Below are positions 51,410 through 61,893 of a stretch of 64,000 nucleotides of DNA, one piece after another; positions within the stretch are counted from its first letter, which is position 1, and every line of letters begins with the position of its first letter. The stretch covers positions 326,188-390,187 of the forward strand of contig DPJD01000001.1 of assembly GCA_003543215.1 (NCBI GenBank). The letters run 5' to 3'. The notes under the pieces were generated by a model, which was not told the origin of the DNA, did not search any database, and worked only from the letters and a program-made list of their open reading frames with translations. Source of the DNA: Erysipelotrichaceae bacterium (GTDB lineage Bacteria > Bacillota_I > Bacilli_A > Erysipelotrichales > Erysipelotrichaceae). The position numbers and the translations under genes are program-made.

Positions 51410-52525
51410 ATGAGCCGTAAGTATTATTTTTCATCCGAGAGTGTCACTGATGGACATCCGGACAAAGTTTGTGATCAGATTGCCGATGCGATCCTAGACG
51501 AAGCATTGAAATTGAATCCGCATGCGAAGATGGCGGTTGAGGCAACCATTAAAGATGGTGTCGTGCTTGTCTATGGTGAACAGAACTTAGGACCTGATCT
51601 TAAAGATGTGAAGTTGAATTATTCAAGAATTGCGAAAGACGTCTTGTCCGACATCGGTTTGGATGAAGATCAATACAATGTGATCACCTTGGTTGGCGAT
51701 CAATCAGCGGATATCTTCAATAAAGTCGTGCTTGGCAATGAAGTCGCAGCAGGGGATCAAGGAATCATGTTTGGTTATGCGTCGAATGAGACGGCCAACT
51801 ACATGCCTTTGGCCATAGATACCGCACATAAGCTATCTAAACGTTTATCTGATTTGAAACGTGAAAATAAACACATCCGTCCAGATGGTAAGACGCAAGT
51901 CACTGTCTTGTATGAAGATGAAAAACCAGTTGCCATCACTAAAGTCGTGGTTTCGACACAACACTCCGAAGCCATCAATCTTCAGGATTTGAAGGACTTG
52001 ATCTTGACTGAAGTCATCAATAAAGTCATTGATCCAAAATGGTTGACCCCTGAGACTGAATATATCGTCAATCCAGGTGGCCGCTTCGTCATCGGTGGAT
52101 CCTTTGGTGACAGTGGCACCACAGGCCGTAAGATCGTCGTCGATACCTACGGTGGTATGGGACGCATCGGAGGCGGTTGTTTCAGCTCCAAAGATCCTTC
52201 CAAAGTTGACCGTAGTGCGGCGTACTACTGCCGCTATGTCGCAAAGAACATCGTTGCGAATGGCTTAGCCGATCGTTGTGAAATCCAAGTTGCGTATGCG
52301 ATTGGTCTAACGAAACCACTCTCTGTATATATCAACACCTTTGGGACAGAAAAAATCGACATCGATGCTTTGTATGCGATTGTTGAGAAGAATTTTGATT
52401 TTTCGGTATCCAACATCATCCAAGAGTTGAATCTCTTGAATCCAATCTATCGTAAGACGGCTAACTTTGGTCACTTCGGTCGTGATGGTTTCACTTGGGA
52501 AGTTGTAAAAGAATTAGTTAAGTAA
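51410..52525 (+). CDS. metK: S-adenosylmethionine synthase
   Basis: FSSESVTDGHPDKVCDQIADAILD, GDQGIMFGYA, GGGCFSSKDPSKVDRSAAY motifs. ATG 51410 follows AAGGAGGA. Confidence 0.95.
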   Translation: MSRKYYFSSESVTDGHPDKVCDQIADAILDEALKLNPHAKMAVEATIKDGVVLVYGEQNLGPDLKDVKLNYSRIAKDVLSDIGLDEDQYNVITLVGDQSADIFNKVVLGNEVAAGDQGIMFGYASNETANYMPLAIDTAHKLSKRLSDLKRENKHIRPDGKTQVTVLYEDEKPVAITKVVVSTQHSEAINLQDLKDLILTEVINKVIDPKWLTPETEYIVNPGGRFVIGGSFGDSGTTGRKIVVDTYGGMGRIGGGCFSSKDPSKVDRSAAYYCRYVAKNIVANGLADRCEIQVAYAIGLTKPLSVYINTFGTEKIDIDALYAIVEKNFDFSVSNIIQELNLLNPIYRKTANFGHFGRDGFTWEVVKELVK

Positions 52526-52533
52526 TATCGATT

Positions 52534-52562
52534 AACACCTCTGTGAATGAGGTGTTTTTTTA
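52534..52562 (+). terminator. Intrinsic terminator after metK
   Basis: AACACCTC-tgtgaat-GAGGTGTT followed by TTTTTT. Confidence 0.75.
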
Positions 52563-52572
52563 TCTGTAATAC

Positions 52573-52598
52573 ACAAAAAAAGGAAGTTGATCTTCCTT
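52573..52598 (-). terminator. Intrinsic terminator of the MacAB-like operon (minus strand)
   Basis: Minus-strand AAGGAAG-atcaa-CTTCCTT followed by TTTTTTTGTGT. Confidence 0.65.
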
Positions 52599-53761
52599 TA
52601 TTCGAAACGAAGTGCTTCGACGGGTTCTAATTTACTGGCGGTATACGCAGGATAGAGACCGAACACAACCCCAATCGTCAAAGAGAAGACAAGGGAGAGT
52701 AAGACGGCATCCAAGCCCAAGATGACATTGAAATCAGTGATATAGGTGATAAGCAGTGTCCCTAAGTAACTGATGGCTAATCCAAGAACGCCACCCAAAC
52801 TGGTGATGATCACGGCTTCAATTAAGAACTGTGCCAAGATCTGGGATTGACGTGCACCTAAGGCTTTGCGGATCCCAATCTCTTTGGTTCGCTCACGCAC
52901 CGTAACCAACATGATGTTCATGATGCCAATGCCACCAACAATCAAGGAGATCGATGCGATACCCGATAAGAGGGTCGTAAGCAAGGCCATCAAGGTATCC
53001 AGGACCCCTAAGATTTGTGTTTGTGAGAAAGCACGATAGCTGTTCTCTGACGGCATGATCGTCTCAAGATAGGTGAGGACGCGACTCAAGGTCAAGTCCA
53101 CCGTATCCTCGGATTCCGCTTCGATGTAGAAGGTTTTATTACGTGTATTGAAGCCACTCATGCGACTTGCGAAACGCATGGGGACATAGACCATCATGTC
53201 ATTGTCACCACTGAAATTGGTTCCACGTTCTTCCGCAACCCCAACGACGGTGAAGGGCATCCCTTTTATCATCAAGGTTGAACCAATGACTTCTTTGTTC
53301 GGGAGGAGTAGACCAGGAATCTTTGAACCCAAGACAACCACAGGTGAATCATAGACTAAATCATAAGTGTTCAAGAAACGACCGGTTGTCATGTCCAGAC
53401 TGTTGATCGAAGCGTACTTATCGTTCACACCACTGATGGACACATCCACACTTTGGCCTTCTATCGTATAACTGACTTGTGAAGAGACCAATTGTGAATA
53501 ATTCTTGATAAGTGCGGCTTCCTGGATGTTGTCGATCCAATCATTGGGTAGACTGCCTTCGCGGTCGGTGATGTTCACAAAGATCAGATTGGACCCGATA
53601 CCACGGATTTGGTTTGCCGCTTCTTCACGGGCGCTGTTTCCCAAAGACATGAGTAAGATAACCGAAGATACCCCAATGATGACCCCTAAGGTCGTCAAGA
53701 GGGCACGAATCTTATGCGCCAATACGGAACGTATGGCAATCGCGAAGTACTCTTTAAGCAT
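52598..53761 (-). CDS. ABC transporter permease, FtsX/MacB family
   Basis: N-terminal TM, large extracytoplasmic domain, C-terminal FtsX 3-TM bundle (KEIGIRKALGA). ATG overlaps the ATPase stop (ATGCTTAA). Confidence 0.85.
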   Translation of the reverse strand: MLKEYFAIAIRSVLAHKIRALLTTLGVIIGVSSVILLMSLGNSAREEAANQIRGIGSNLIFVNITDREGSLPNDWIDNIQEAALIKNYSQLVSSQVSYTIEGQSVDVSISGVNDKYASINSLDMTTGRFLNTYDLVYDSPVVVLGSKIPGLLLPNKEVIGSTLMIKGMPFTVVGVAEERGTNFSGDNDMMVYVPMRFASRMSGFNTRNKTFYIEAESEDTVDLTLSRVLTYLETIMPSENSYRAFSQTQILGVLDTLMALLTTLLSGIASISLIVGGIGIMNIMLVTVRERTKEIGIRKALGARQSQILAQFLIEAVIITSLGGVLGLAISYLGTLLITYITDFNVILGLDAVLLSLVFSLTIGVVFGLYPAYTASKLEPVEALRFE

Positions 53762-54437
53762 GGTTCTGCACCTCGTCTTGAATGACTTTGCCATCCCTTA
53801 GGGTGATGATGCGATTGGTGTTCTTCGCTACTTCCAAATCATGGGTGATGATGATGACGGTCTTACCACTTTGATTCAACTTCTTCAATTGATTCAAAAC
53901 TTCGTGACCCGTTGCTGTATCCAAGGCACCCGTGGGTTCATCCGCTAAGATGATGGCGGGATTGTTTGCCAGTGCACGTGCGATGGAGACACGTTGTTGT
54001 TGACCTCCGGAGAGTTCAGTCGGTTTGTGATCCATGCGATCCCCTAAACCAACAAGATTCAAGAGTTCTTCTGCCTTTTCCTCACGTTTTTGTTTCGGTA
54101 ATTTGGCATAGGTCATCGGCATCATCACATTTTCAATCGCTGTGAAATTGTTTAAAAGATTGAACTGTTGGAAAACGAAACCAATCTGTTGGTTGCGTAT
54201 GTCTGCGAGCTCATCTTGATCGTAATCTTTAATCGAAATCTTATTCAATTCATACAAGCCATCCGTGACCACATCGAGACAACCAATGATGTTCATAAGT
54301 GTGGATTTGCCGCTGCCAGAGGGTCCGACAATCGCAACCATTTCACCTTCATTGATGTTGATGTCGATGCCATCCAAGGCTTTGACGACGTTATCGCCCA
54401 TGAGATAACGTTTCGTTACGTTTTCTAGACGGATCAT
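53754..54437 (-). CDS. ABC transporter ATP-binding protein (MacB/LolD-like)
   Basis: Walker A GPSGSGKST, signature LSGGQQQRV, Walker B ILADEPTGALD. Confidence 0.9.
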   Translation of the reverse strand: MIRLENVTKRYLMGDNVVKALDGIDININEGEMVAIVGPSGSGKSTLMNIIGCLDVVTDGLYELNKISIKDYDQDELADIRNQQIGFVFQQFNLLNNFTAIENVMMPMTYAKLPKQKREEKAEELLNLVGLGDRMDHKPTELSGGQQQRVSIARALANNPAIILADEPTGALDTATGHEVLNQLKKLNQSGKTVIIITHDLEVAKNTNRIITLRDGKVIQDEVQNHA

Positions 54438-55777
54438 TGGTTGGCTATGATTGGGAAGAGGGAAGTCTTTTCAATGATGAGGACTTCTTGTCCTTCCAAA
54501 TCGGCTCCGATCACTTCAACGAAAAATGCATCGGCTAAACCAGTTTCAACGGGCAAATAATATTCTGATTGAGGACGACGACTGTTTTCAAGCCATTCTG
54601 CGGATACGAGATAGCGCTGTGTGCCTTCGGTTACGATGGCTTCAAATGGTACGATTAAGATATTTTCTTTGGTGTTGGTCACAATGGAAGCACTGCCGCT
54701 CATGCCTAAGAAGACACTTGCATCGGCCTCATCGAATTCAAGAGTTACAGGATAGGTAGTATAGTCAAGATTTGTGTTGCCGACATAGGCGATCTTATCG
54801 ATTGATCCTTCGAAATGACGATCGATGGCTTCGATATAGATATCAGCGGATTGACCAAGGGAAAGTTTATGGATATCGGTTTCCGTGATATCGACGGTCA
54901 ATTCCAATGCGTCTGGATCCGCAATGACGAAACCTGTACTCAAACCACTCGGGATGGAAGTGACGATACCATCTCGTGTTGCGACGACTTTCACATTGGT
55001 TTTTAAGCTGGATTGGTATTCACCCAGTTTTTGATTCTTATTTACGGTATCACCGATTTTAACGTCAAGTTTAGTTAAACTGCCATCGATGGTGACACGT
55101 GTTTCTTGAGCAGCTTCCAATTTGCCATGGACATAATAATCACCATAGCCTTCTAACTGCATCTTGCTAACGGCACTCATACCAACACGAACCTTTGTTG
55201 TATCACCATCAAAGCTAAGTGTCACACCAAAGGTACTTTGAGGACCCATGATTGTTGCGACTTGATTGATCTTGGTTACAGATCCGTAAAAGGTCTGATC
55301 GGTTGCGGACACATAGACTTCAGCATATTGACCCAGTGAGACACGTTTAAGTTCGGTTTCGGGGACTTGAATGACCATTTTATACTGATTTGAACCAGCA
55401 ATCGTCAAGGTTGAACCCAAAGCGCTTGGCACTTCAGTCACGACGCCACTGACAGGGGCATACAAGCTGTTGGTGCTGGATTGGCGTGTGTATTCACCCA
55501 AGATATCCCCTTTAGCTACGACATCGCCTAACGCGACAAGCGTGTCTGTGACACTGCCATTGAGTTTGATGCGATCTTCATTGGAAGAGGTGAGTTTACC
55601 AGTTGCCAAGGCTAAGAGTTCGATCTTTCCCTTTTCAATGGTATAGGTTTTTACATCAGTGGGGGCTTGATTTCTGAAGCTTGTAAAGATAACGACAAGC
55701 ACTAAAATTAAGACAGCTATTGCAATCCAAATGGACTTGCGACTTTTTTTATTCTTTTTCATGTTCTGTTCCTTCAT
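54434..55777 (-). CDS. Efflux adaptor / HlyD-MacA family membrane fusion protein (start 55777 or 55762)
   Basis: N-terminal TM anchor IWIAIAVLILVLVVIF and repeated beta-barrel/lipoyl-like segments. Sits between the MarR and ABC genes. Confidence 0.7.
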   Translation of the reverse strand: MKEQNMKKNKKSRKSIWIAIAVLILVLVVIFTSFRNQAPTDVKTYTIEKGKIELLALATGKLTSSNEDRIKLNGSVTDTLVALGDVVAKGDILGEYTRQSSTNSLYAPVSGVVTEVPSALGSTLTIAGSNQYKMVIQVPETELKRVSLGQYAEVYVSATDQTFYGSVTKINQVATIMGPQSTFGVTLSFDGDTTKVRVGMSAVSKMQLEGYGDYYVHGKLEAAQETRVTIDGSLTKLDVKIGDTVNKNQKLGEYQSSLKTNVKVVATRDGIVTSIPSGLSTGFVIADPDALELTVDITETDIHKLSLGQSADIYIEAIDRHFEGSIDKIAYVGNTNLDYTTYPVTLEFDEADASVFLGMSGSASIVTNTKENILIVPFEAIVTEGTQRYLVSAEWLENSRRPQSEYYLPVETGLADAFFVEVIGADLEGQEVLIIEKTSLFPIIANQ

Positions 55778-56219
55778 CTAGACTTAGATGGCAATAAGCT
55801 ACGATACGATCCAAAATGCGATTGAAAAGCTCACTGTCCTCTGGACCCAAATAATCTGCCATTTCCTTAAGTCCCACCTCAAAGGCTTTTGAGCCTTGTT
55901 TTAGAATATCTTTTCCACGTTCGGAAAGTTGAATCAAGCTTGAACGCTTGTCATTGGGATCTTTGATCCGTTCAATGAGTTCATTCTTTTCTAAGGCATT
56001 GATCAATTGCGTTGTGGCAGGTGCACTCACATGATAGCTTTCTTTGATCCGACTGATGGCAACCGGACCATCCTTTGTGATCTGTTGAATCATGACCAGA
56101 TGTTGGAAATGTGCACTCTGTGCTTTCATGGCTTTATGCATCAATAAGCTATCCAATTGGCGTAAATGACGTAAGTTATAAATCAATTTTTCAATGTTTT
56201 GCATGGTATTTTTGTTCAT
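55749..56219 (-). CDS. MarR family transcriptional regulator
   Basis: Winged HTH ...VSAPATTQLINALEKNELIERIKDPNDKRSSLIQLSERG. Confidence 0.85.
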   Translation of the reverse strand: MNKNTMQNIEKLIYNLRHLRQLDSLLMHKAMKAQSAHFQHLVMIQQITKDGPVAISRIKESYHVSAPATTQLINALEKNELIERIKDPNDKRSSLIQLSERGKDILKQGSKAFEVGLKEMADYLGPEDSELFNRILDRIVAYCHLSLDEGTEHEKE

Positions 56220-56300
56220 ATGCTTAAGTTTATCACTTCACGCATCATTTGCATCAAAGATGCACTAAATTCCTTAAAAAAACCAAGTGTTTTCACTTGG

Positions 56301-57950
56301 TTAGACTTCTAATTCATGCAATTTAGTGATGCTCATCCGTGTTGTCAGGCGTATCAACATCCAATTCACAAAACTGAAGAGGACAAAGATGGTGACCACC
56401 GTAAACCAATTATTCGGTAGATACTTCATCAAAAGAAAAGGTAGAAAACTTAAAGCAAAGGCTGGAATCATCGTGAACGCCGCATTGAGATTCTGCTTAA
56501 CCGCCGCCGCTTCTTGTTCCCAAACAAGCTTAGGACGAATCAGATCCACGATCATACCCAGGTAGTTCATAAAAATCATCCCTTGAATCGACATCACCAA
56601 GATTAAAATAATAACGATGGGATGCATTCTGAGAATGACCACAGCCGCAATGAGTGAGAACAAGATACCGAAGAAACTCACCACAAGACCACTCAAAATC
56701 TTGGCTTGGATTTGTTTGACATAGGACATCGGAATGTATTTCATGAAGAAGATATTTGAACCTTCACGTGAGAGTGCTGTGGGAGTGATCAAATTCAACG
56801 TGCTCATCATCAAACCCAAAGCAAGACCCGCAAAACTAACCATCAACAGTAGGTCGGGATTGGTCCAATCAATGCTTTTAATGAATGTGGATAGTTCTTC
56901 TTCACCACCGACATTACCACCAATTGAAACCAAAAAGATGATGGGGAGGATGAATGCCGTCGCAATATTGTTTAACAAGTAAATCGGTGTCCGAATCATC
57001 AAACGCATCTCTTTTAAGAAATAACTCATGAGCGCACCTTTGGTGCTCGTTTCTTTCTGGTAGGCTTTGAGGTTGAGTTGTTTACGTCCAGCAGCGGTTT
57101 CATTGACACCAATGATACCGATGAAGTACACGATTTTGCTGATGTAAAGGAAAACTAAGACAACAAGTGCCGTAATGACAAGGAAGAGAATGAAACTTAA
57201 CCATGAACCATCCACCAAGCTTTGAATCGCAAAGGGAAGGTTTGGAAACATGAACCTAAAGATGGCAAGGAGCGAATTATTTCCTTCCGTCAACATCTGT
57301 AACAATTTTTCTTGTGACAATGAAGCGGTGCCACCTACGACAACGTTGATGCCGATCGCAAAGGCCAATGCAAGAAAACCACTGGCATAATTGAAGAGAT
57401 CACGATTCTTGAAGAAAGGTACAAAGGCCATGATCACCATGATGATGATTGCCCCGAAAGCGAGGGGTACAACCGGACTTAACAATAAGATGATCAATAC
57501 CTTCACATAGAAGAAGACATCGGGATTCATGACTTGGACATAAGCAACCAAAACGGGTATCGCCAACAAAAAGGTGGTCAGATACTCATAGACAACCGAT
57601 AAGCAAAATTTGCTTAGTACGATTTCTTCAGGTTTTAAGGGGAGTGCCAATAAGGTTTCACTGTCTTTACTGAAGTAATAAACCGCAGGAACCAAGAAAA
57701 TGGACATGAAGAAAGTGACACTGCTCAACGCTATGAACAACAGACTTAGAACCAAACCCTCTTGTTGGATTGGAAGCAACATAAACAGACCTTCCTTAGC
57801 CAACATGTAAAGTGAAAACAAGGTAGGCATAAAAGCCACAACCAGAAACAAGCCCATGAACTTATTCAACTTACTGCGTTTAGTACGACCATCCAGTAGA
57901 TTGAAGGTATTCTTGAGCATGACGATAAACAAGGCTTTAAACTTACGCAT
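56301..57950 (-). CDS. ABC-2/putative ABC-exporter family permease (about 12 TM)
   Basis: 549 aa, highly hydrophobic; overlaps the upstream ATPase gene by 8 nt. Confidence 0.6.
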   Translation of the reverse strand: MRKFKALFIVMLKNTFNLLDGRTKRSKLNKFMGLFLVVAFMPTLFSLYMLAKEGLFMLLPIQQEGLVLSLLFIALSSVTFFMSIFLVPAVYYFSKDSETLLALPLKPEEIVLSKFCLSVVYEYLTTFLLAIPVLVAYVQVMNPDVFFYVKVLIILLLSPVVPLAFGAIIIMVIMAFVPFFKNRDLFNYASGFLALAFAIGINVVVGGTASLSQEKLLQMLTEGNNSLLAIFRFMFPNLPFAIQSLVDGSWLSFILFLVITALVVLVFLYISKIVYFIGIIGVNETAAGRKQLNLKAYQKETSTKGALMSYFLKEMRLMIRTPIYLLNNIATAFILPIIFLVSIGGNVGGEEELSTFIKSIDWTNPDLLLMVSFAGLALGLMMSTLNLITPTALSREGSNIFFMKYIPMSYVKQIQAKILSGLVVSFFGILFSLIAAVVILRMHPIVIILILVMSIQGMIFMNYLGMIVDLIRPKLVWEQEAAAVKQNLNAAFTMIPAFALSFLPFLLMKYLPNNWFTVVTIFVLFSFVNWMLIRLTTRMSITKLHELEV

Positions 57951-58665
57951 TTTGGGTGACTTTCAAGAAAATGTCTTCCAAGGAAGCATTGGGATGGTCA
58001 AGTTTCAATTGTTCCAAGGAACCAAAATAGAGGAGCGCACCTTTATTGATGATCGCAACCTTGCTGCACAGTTTCTCTGCGACTTCCAAGACATGGGTAG
58101 AGAAGAAAACGGTTTTACCCAAGGATACATGTTCACGCATCATTTCTTTGAGGGCAAAAGCAGATTGTGGATCCAAACCCGTCAAAGGTTCATCCAAAAT
58201 CCAGATTGAAGGGGAATGAATCAAGACACCCATCACCACGATCTTTTGACGCATCCCATGGGAATACGACAAGATCTTATCGTTCAAAGCGCTGGTCATT
58301 TGAAAGGCTTCCGCATATTTATGGATGCGCTCACGACGGGTATTCTCATCCACATCGTAGATATCCGCCATGAAGTTGAGATACTCAATCCCTTTTAATC
58401 GTAGAAAGATGTCTGGTGTATCCGGTACGAAACCGAATTGTTGTTTGGCTTTGAGAGGACTCGATTGAATGTTGATGCCATTGAGGAGGATTTCACCTTC
58501 ATCTGGATTCAAGATCCCCGTCATCATTTTCAATGTCGTGGTTTTACCTGCTCCATTGGGCCCAATGAAGCCAATGATTTCACCGGCTTCGACGGTAAGT
58601 GAGAGTTGGTTGACAGCTTTGACCTGTCCAGAGTAGGTTTTTGAGATGTTTTTGATTTCAATCAT
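57943..58665 (-). CDS. ABC transporter ATP-binding protein (ABC-2 type)
   Basis: Walker A GPNGAGKTT, signature YSHGMRQK, Walker B WILDEPLTGLD. Confidence 0.9.
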   Translation of the reverse strand: MIEIKNISKTYSGQVKAVNQLSLTVEAGEIIGFIGPNGAGKTTTLKMMTGILNPDEGEILLNGINIQSSPLKAKQQFGFVPDTPDIFLRLKGIEYLNFMADIYDVDENTRRERIHKYAEAFQMTSALNDKILSYSHGMRQKIVVMGVLIHSPSIWILDEPLTGLDPQSAFALKEMMREHVSLGKTVFFSTHVLEVAEKLCSKVAIINKGALLYFGSLEQLKLDHPNASLEDIFLKVTQNA

Positions 58666-58674
58666 AAGGGCTCC

Positions 58675-58983
58675 TTAAATGAACATCGAAATGCTAAGCA
58701 TGATAATCGAGAAAACAGCGAGACCAAAACTTAAGAACATTTGACTATCCAGCAAGCGATCTTTAGAACGAACAATGTTGGATACGTTCACAAGGGCGTT
58801 GATGCCAAACATGGATAGAAGTGCCAACCACTTCGGTGCCGTTCGATTCACCGATCCACTTAAAGAGAATTGCATGGGAATGACATCGGGTAATAGCGGG
58901 TAGAGAATAGCTAAAGCAAGGGCTAAACCAAGCATAAGAAACATCAAAATACGGATTTGTTGACTTCGATTTAGATTTTTCAT
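58675..58983 (-). CDS. Small membrane protein, DUF1648-like
   Basis: PDVIPMQFSLSGSVNRTAPKW after the first TM resembles DUF1648; three TM segments. Confidence 0.45.
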   Translation of the reverse strand: MKNLNRSQQIRILMFLMLGLALALAILYPLLPDVIPMQFSLSGSVNRTAPKWLALLSMFGINALVNVSNIVRSKDRLLDSQMFLSFGLAVFSIIMLSISMFI

Positions 58984-58987
58984 AATT

Positions 58988-61162
58988 TCAGTCTAGCACT
59001 TCAATACTTTGATTTAAATACTCAATTAAACAGGTTGCGCGCGCTTCATCCCGATCCAAAAGGGTTGTTTGTGTGAATCGATCGGGATCACCGATCAGAA
59101 TCAACGATTTACTGGCACGTGTGATGGCCGTGTATAACAGACGTTTGCTATGCATGAAACGATGTTCAGGGACGATGGGTAAGATGACGATGGGATACTC
59201 ACTGCCTTGGGCTTTATGCACAGATACGCAATACGCCAAGGTGATGTTCATGAAGTTTTCAGAAGTATATTCCACGATGCGTCCATCGAAGTCCACAATG
59301 ATGCGGTTTTGTTTCAAGTGGTCTTCACTGGCATAGACGACTTCCACAAGAATACCGATATCGCCATTATAGACATCGTCATTGGGTTGGTTCTTGAGCT
59401 GTAAGATCTTGTCTTCTTCACGGAAGGTGGTTGTTCCAACCTTTAATTCACGTTTTGTGAAATCGCTTGGATTGACGACTTTTTGAATCGCATGATTCAG
59501 ATTATCAATTCCGGCCAAACCACTGTACATAGGAGCCAAGACTTGGATGTCCTGGATGCCATAGCCTTTCGCAAGGGCTTGTTGGACAAGATTGATGATG
59601 ATGTTTTTGACTTCAACTGCTGGAGCCTTGAACCATTTGATGTCATTGGTCAATTGCTTAAAGTCTAATTCTTTTATCCGCATCTGATGTGCAAGTTGGA
59701 TGACATCCGAACCTTCTTTCTGACGATAAATGTGTTGCAAAGTAATGACTGGGAAACGTTTGGAAGCAATCAGATCCCGTAAGACTTGACCCGGTGCGAC
59801 ACTCGGCAATTGGTCTTGGTCACCGACAAGGATGATTTTCTTGACTTGAGCAGACGCATCCAACAAATGACTGAACAACCAAGTATCAACCATGGAGAAT
59901 TCATCGATGATCAAACAATCGATGGCCAAGGGTTGTTTCTCATTCATGCCAAAAGTATTGGATTCCAAATCCCATTTCAGTAAAGAATGGATGGTATAGG
60001 ACTCGACCCCATTGAGTTCAAACAAACGTTTGCTGGCACGTCCCGTTGGAGCTGCACAGGCCAATGAGTGGCTGGGATAGAGTTGTCGAAAGAGTTGGAT
60101 CATCGCTCCGATGACGGTTGATTTACCGGTACCCGGACCCCCGGTCATGATGGTGAAAGGACTTTTGAAGAAAGTATGGATGGCTTCCTTTTGACTTAGA
60201 TCATATTGAATACCGATGGCCTGTTCGTGCATGTCAATTCGATCGTTTAAGACCATTTCATCAATAGGACTGAGATCTTGAAACGGGAATTGACTTAAAA
60301 GATGAGCGATGCCTTGTTCGGCTTTATATTGAGAGGGATGATAGACTTTATCATCCAAGAGGATGAGTTTGTTTTCTCTAACACAGGTAAATAGAATGGC
60401 TTCAAAGTCACTCTGAAAGTTCTTCTCGAAAAGTTGATTTAAATGATCATACAAAACGTAACTATCACCACGACGCATGCATTCTTCCATGGTCATGGCG
60501 ATCAGTGCTGCACTTAAGCGCCGTGGATCATCCAAATCAAAACCAATGGATAAAGCGAGCTTATCGGCTGTCTTAAAGCCGATGCCATCGACTTCTTCAA
60601 TCAAACGATAGGGATTGGCTTTGACCAAAGCATAAGCTTCCTTACCATAAACCCGATCCAAACGCATGATATTGCGAATGCCCAAACCATGAGTGGTGAA
60701 AAAGCGAATCGCTTCTTCATCTTCACCATAATTCAAAAGACCTGCTTTGATACTTTCTTCTTTCTTAGGGGTATAACCTTTAACATCTTTCAAAAGACTA
60801 CTGTCTTCCTTTAACAACTTTAGACAGTCCGGACCGAGATGTTCCACGACACTTTCCGCAAACTTCTTGCCAATGCCTGGAAAAAGAGGGGAAGAGAGAA
60901 AGGTGATGATGGATTCAGGCTCATCAGGCAAGACTCGATGAAAAGTTTCAATTTTAAACTGCATGCCAAAACGTGGGTGTTCGACATAACTGCCCTTGAG
61001 ATTCAAAAGAATATCGTGTGGCATTTCAGGAAGATAACCGGTGATGGTCACCAGTTTCTCATTAAGATCATACAAACGAAAACGCGCTACCGTGTAGCGA
61101 CTTTGTTCGTCTTGATAGATGACATGGCTGATTTTACCTTGTATTTCAATGGGATCCATCAT
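58988..61162 (-). CDS. recD2: ATP-dependent RecD-like DNA helicase RecD2 (SF1B)
   Basis: Walker A TGGPGTGKST, IIDEFSMVD, GDQDQLPSV, SVHKAQGSEY motifs. 724 aa. Firmicute mnmA...recD2 neighbourhood. Confidence 0.9.
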   Translation of the reverse strand: MMDPIEIQGKISHVIYQDEQSRYTVARFRLYDLNEKLVTITGYLPEMPHDILLNLKGSYVEHPRFGMQFKIETFHRVLPDEPESIITFLSSPLFPGIGKKFAESVVEHLGPDCLKLLKEDSSLLKDVKGYTPKKEESIKAGLLNYGEDEEAIRFFTTHGLGIRNIMRLDRVYGKEAYALVKANPYRLIEEVDGIGFKTADKLALSIGFDLDDPRRLSAALIAMTMEECMRRGDSYVLYDHLNQLFEKNFQSDFEAILFTCVRENKLILLDDKVYHPSQYKAEQGIAHLLSQFPFQDLSPIDEMVLNDRIDMHEQAIGIQYDLSQKEAIHTFFKSPFTIMTGGPGTGKSTVIGAMIQLFRQLYPSHSLACAAPTGRASKRLFELNGVESYTIHSLLKWDLESNTFGMNEKQPLAIDCLIIDEFSMVDTWLFSHLLDASAQVKKIILVGDQDQLPSVAPGQVLRDLIASKRFPVITLQHIYRQKEGSDVIQLAHQMRIKELDFKQLTNDIKWFKAPAVEVKNIIINLVQQALAKGYGIQDIQVLAPMYSGLAGIDNLNHAIQKVVNPSDFTKRELKVGTTTFREEDKILQLKNQPNDDVYNGDIGILVEVVYASEDHLKQNRIIVDFDGRIVEYTSENFMNITLAYCVSVHKAQGSEYPIVILPIVPEHRFMHSKRLLYTAITRASKSLILIGDPDRFTQTTLLDRDEARATCLIEYLNQSIEVLD

Positions 61163-61893
61163 AGAATACTCGAAAGGTAGATGGCGAAGACACCGATGGC
61201 GTTATTGATAAAATGAATGATGACAGGTGCATAGAGACTCTTGCTTTTGATATACGCACGATTCAACCAGAATCCCAACATGAAATAGGTAGGTAGAAAA
61301 ACAAGATCCATGTAGTGTCCATCAAAGAGTGAAGGGTAGATATGTGCCATGCCAAAGAAGAAAGAACTAAATAGGACGGCAAACAGTTGTGAGCGCTTTT
61401 GAAGCATGCCAAAGAGTAGACCACGATACATAAGTTCTTCGATGAGTGGTGCGAAAATCAAGGCTTGAAATACCAATAAAAGGGGGAAATCCCCAAAGAT
61501 TTTGATGAGTTCATTCTGATTCTGTGAACCATCCAAGCCAGTAAGTGTTGTGATCGCATAATTTAAAACCATGGATGTTCCCAACATCAAGGGAAGTGTG
61601 ATAAAAACTGTTTTGATGTTCATCATGGGTTCTTGTTTGAAGCGTCGCCCCATTTCAATCCAAAAGTCTTTTGTTAGATAGATGCTCAAAATGAGAAGTA
61701 AAACAGAATAAACCAAATCAACACGTGGATCCCCCAATAGTTCCATTCGATTCGACCTTGCCAATATCGCGACGATAAGCATGGGGTATAAAGCATAAGT
61801 TCCCATTGTAAAATGAAAAAGGAGAAAGAAAATCTTCTTTTTTGAATAGGGCAGATCAAAATTACGCATGTGAGATTCCTGCGATGGCTTCAC
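61159..61893 (-). CDS. CPBP family intramembrane glutamic endopeptidase (CAAX protease/Abi family)
   Basis: APLIEELMYRG, FFFGMAHIY and HFINNA motifs. Confidence 0.8.
   Translation of the reverse strand: MKPSQESHMRNFDLPYSKKKIFFLLFHFTMGTYALYPMLIVAILARSNRMELLGDPRVDLVYSVLLLILSIYLTKDFWIEMGRRFKQEPMMNIKTVFITLPLMLGTSMVLNYAITTLTGLDGSQNQNELIKIFGDFPLLLVFQALIFAPLIEELMYRGLLFGMLQKRSQLFAVLFSSFFFGMAHIYPSLFDGHYMDLVFLPTYFMLGFWLNRAYIKSKSLYAPVIIHFINNAIGVFAIYLSSIL

Noticed and set aside
52598-58983. The two ABC efflux operons (MarR-MacA-MacB-like, and DUF1648-ATPase-ABC-2 permease) as something novel.
   Set aside because: Both are standard Firmicute antimicrobial-peptide/drug efflux architectures with canonical motifs. 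Nothing unusual is visible in sequence or organisation.
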